A DNA stretch of 62,180 nucleotides, counting the filler. It is 3 parts of 3 records of this genome, joined end to end, with 100 filler letters (N's around TTAATTAATTAA, not from the genome) between each part and the next. Parts side by side here need not be neighbours in the genome. Positions count along the whole stretch, not along the records: positions 55,808 to 62,180 come from DRR378314_1115; 2 more parts are not named here. The stretch is one strand, 5' to 3'. The notes beneath the pieces are model-generated. The model made no database searches. It saw only the letters and a program-made list of their open reading frames with translations, and was not told the DNA's origin. The position numbers and the translations under genes are program-made. Every line of letters starts with the position of its first letter. Within the stretch, counting starts at the first letter, position 1. Below are positions 62,145 to 62,180 of this stretch, piece after piece.

Positions 62145-62180
62145 TGTAGCAGCGGGCTGTGGGAGCGGGCCCTGCCCGCG
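62145..62180 (+). repeat. REP-like element(s) at the window end
   Basis: TGTAGCAGCGGG followed by TGTGGGAGCGGGCCCTGCCCGCG, which shares its first 15 nt with the element at 57633. Confidence 0.6.

Noticed and set aside
55808-62180. Horizontal transfer of phaZ into the protist
   Set aside because: Separate contig with purely bacterial gene organisation and no physical linkage.
1-62180. CRISPR arrays, rRNA genes, transposases or integrases
   Set aside because: No regularly spaced repeats, rRNA-like sequence or mobile-element motifs were seen.

Overview
This window is not one continuous locus. It holds three contigs joined by artificial 100-bp linkers (44 N + TTAATTAATTAA + 44 N) at 28820-28919 and 55708-55807. 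Contigs 1 (1-28819) and 2 (28920-55707) come from a compact, intron-containing microbial eukaryote that uses the standard code and mostly GT-AG introns, with two well-supported GC-AG introns. Contig 1 carries a homocysteine S-methyltransferase, a DYRK2-class kinase, a sideroflexin, a propeller/EGF/multi-TM membrane protein, a COG2907-like FAD oxidoreductase, a partial eIF4E and two hypothetical genes. Contig 2 carries an LRR protein with Roco-like remnants, an A/B-type cyclin, a multi-GAF protein with no catalytic domain, an intronless IQ-RhoGEF(DH)-PH-PAP2-like membrane fusion, a NEK kinase and a partial MFAP1. Contig 3 (55808-62180) is GC-rich bacterial DNA, probably a marine gammaproteobacterium (inference): uup 3' end, M14 deacylase, TetR regulator, extracellular PHB depolymerase and BCCT transporter. 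The best candidate for an undescribed system is the DH-PH RhoGEF fused to a catalytically degenerate PAP2 lipid-phosphatase membrane domain. In the bacterial contig, a phaZ-TetR module has a perfect operator-like palindrome and a structured leader that masks the TetR ribosome-binding site. Exon boundaries were read by eye and gene termini are approximate where stated.
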